This document shows, piece after piece, positions 31,347 through 32,000 of a DNA stretch of 32,000 nucleotides. Within the stretch, counting starts at the first letter, position 1, and the number at the start of each line of letters is the position of its first letter. The notes under the pieces are model-generated. The model saw only the letters and a list, made by a program, of their open reading frames with translations. It had not been told where the DNA came from and did no database searches. The position numbers and the translations under genes are program-made. Origin of the DNA: Micrococcus luteus NCTC 2665 (lineage in GTDB: Bacteria; Actinomycetota; Actinomycetes; Actinomycetales; Micrococcaceae); NCBI RefSeq assembly GCF_000023205.1, contig NC_012803.1, forward strand, positions 1,890,001-1,922,000, in the 5' to 3' direction.

Positions 31347-32000
31347 TCAGAACCGGGCGAGGGCCGCCGTCGGATCGTGGAGGCAGTCCGCCACGAACGT
31401 GAGGAACGCGCTCGCGGTGGCGCCGTCGGTGACGCGGTGGTCGAAGGTCACGGTCATCTCGGTGACCTTGCGGACCACGATCTCCCCGTCCACGACCCAC
31501 GGGCGGTCGATGATCCGGCCGATGCCGAGCATCCCGACCTCGGGCACGTTGATGATCGGCGTGGCGCCGTCCGTGCCCAGCGGGCCGTAGTTGTTCAGCG
31601 TGAACGTGCCGCGGGTGAGCTCGGCCGGGGCGGCCCGGCCCGCGCGGGCGCGGCTGACGGTGTCGTTGATGGCGGCGGTGAGCTCGTCCGCGGACAGCTT
31701 CTCCGCGTGCTCGACCGACGGCACCATGAGGCCGCGGTCGGTCTGCACGGCCAGGCCGAGGTGGACGCCGTCGACCTCCACGATCTCGTCCCTGCCGTCC
31801 GCCCCCGCCTCGATGCGCGCGTTCATCACCGGGTACCGGCGCAGGCCGGCCAGGGTGAAGCGGGCGATCAGGCCGAGCAGCGAGGGCGCGTTCTCCGGGT
31901 CCTTCGCCTTGAGCGCGGCCCGCAGCTCGAGCAGGGCGGTGACGTCGACGTCCAGCCACGCCGTGACCTCCGGGACCTCGCGGCGCGAGCGGGAGAGCTG
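31347..32000 (-). CDS. 2-oxoacid dehydrogenase E2 acyltransferase, C-terminal catalytic domain only; the 5' end lies beyond the window
   Basis: TFDHRVTDGA (DHRxxDG catalytic motif) and NNYGPLG. The frame stays open to nt 32000 (QLSRSRREVPEVTAWLDVDVTALLELR...). Confidence 0.88.
   Translation of the reverse strand, partial: QLSRSRREVPEVTAWLDVDVTALLELRAALKAKDPENAPSLLGLIARFTLAGLRRYPVMNARIEAGADGRDEIVEVDGVHLGLAVQTDRGLMVPSVEHAEKLSADELTAAINDTVSRARAGRAAPAELTRGTFTLNNYGPLGTDGATPIINVPEVGMLGIGRIIDRPWVVDGEIVVRKVTEMTVTFDHRVTDGATASAFLTFVADCLHDPTAALARF

Overview
By eye the sequence is very GC-rich (well above 65%, not computed), and third codon positions are almost all G or C. I read it as a core chromosomal segment of a high-GC actinobacterium. 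A Micrococcales-like origin is inferred from gene content only. I support 28 protein genes and 3 tRNAs; two of the genes are cut by the window edges. I see no rRNA, CRISPR array, transposase, integrase or recognisable defence genes. Left to right: asd (5' partial); an overlapping minus-strand chain of two MaoC/Had-like dehydratases and murB; a small membrane protein; tRNA-Met and tRNA-Thr; a DEAD-box helicase with repeat-rich tails; a membrane protein; an amidohydrolase; a cbs plus cystathionine gamma-lyase/synthase pair; an AlkA-like glycosylase; a hypothetical; an acyl-CoA synthetase; tRNA-Tyr; yajQ plus a hypothetical; an N-terminally short MFS gene; fprA; rarD; a SUKH-like gene overlapping a HIT hydrolase; a menaquinone block (menC, phoX, menD, menJ-like reductase, polyprenyl synthase); a second SUKH-like gene; a PAP2 phosphatase; and the 3' end of a 2-oxoacid dehydrogenase E2 gene. 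The many 300-1400 aa ORFs in other frames are stop-poor GC artefacts. I found no convincing undescribed multi-gene system. The best leads are small-scale: (1) 9 of 28 genes have a TANNNT box 6-7 nt before the start codon, suggesting leaderless transcription, with a recurring TAGACTGG box; (2) a nested four-copy repeat lies between asd and murB; (3) in-frame microsatellite-like repeats encode low-complexity C-terminal tails on three enzymes; (4) there are two SUKH-like proteins, one overlapping a HIT hydrolase; (5) the MFS gene lacks its first helix; (6) long U-tract-less hairpins sit at gene ends, and their single imperfect pair becomes a G-U wobble only on the expected transcribed strand. All functional calls rest on motifs read from the translations; no database search was run.
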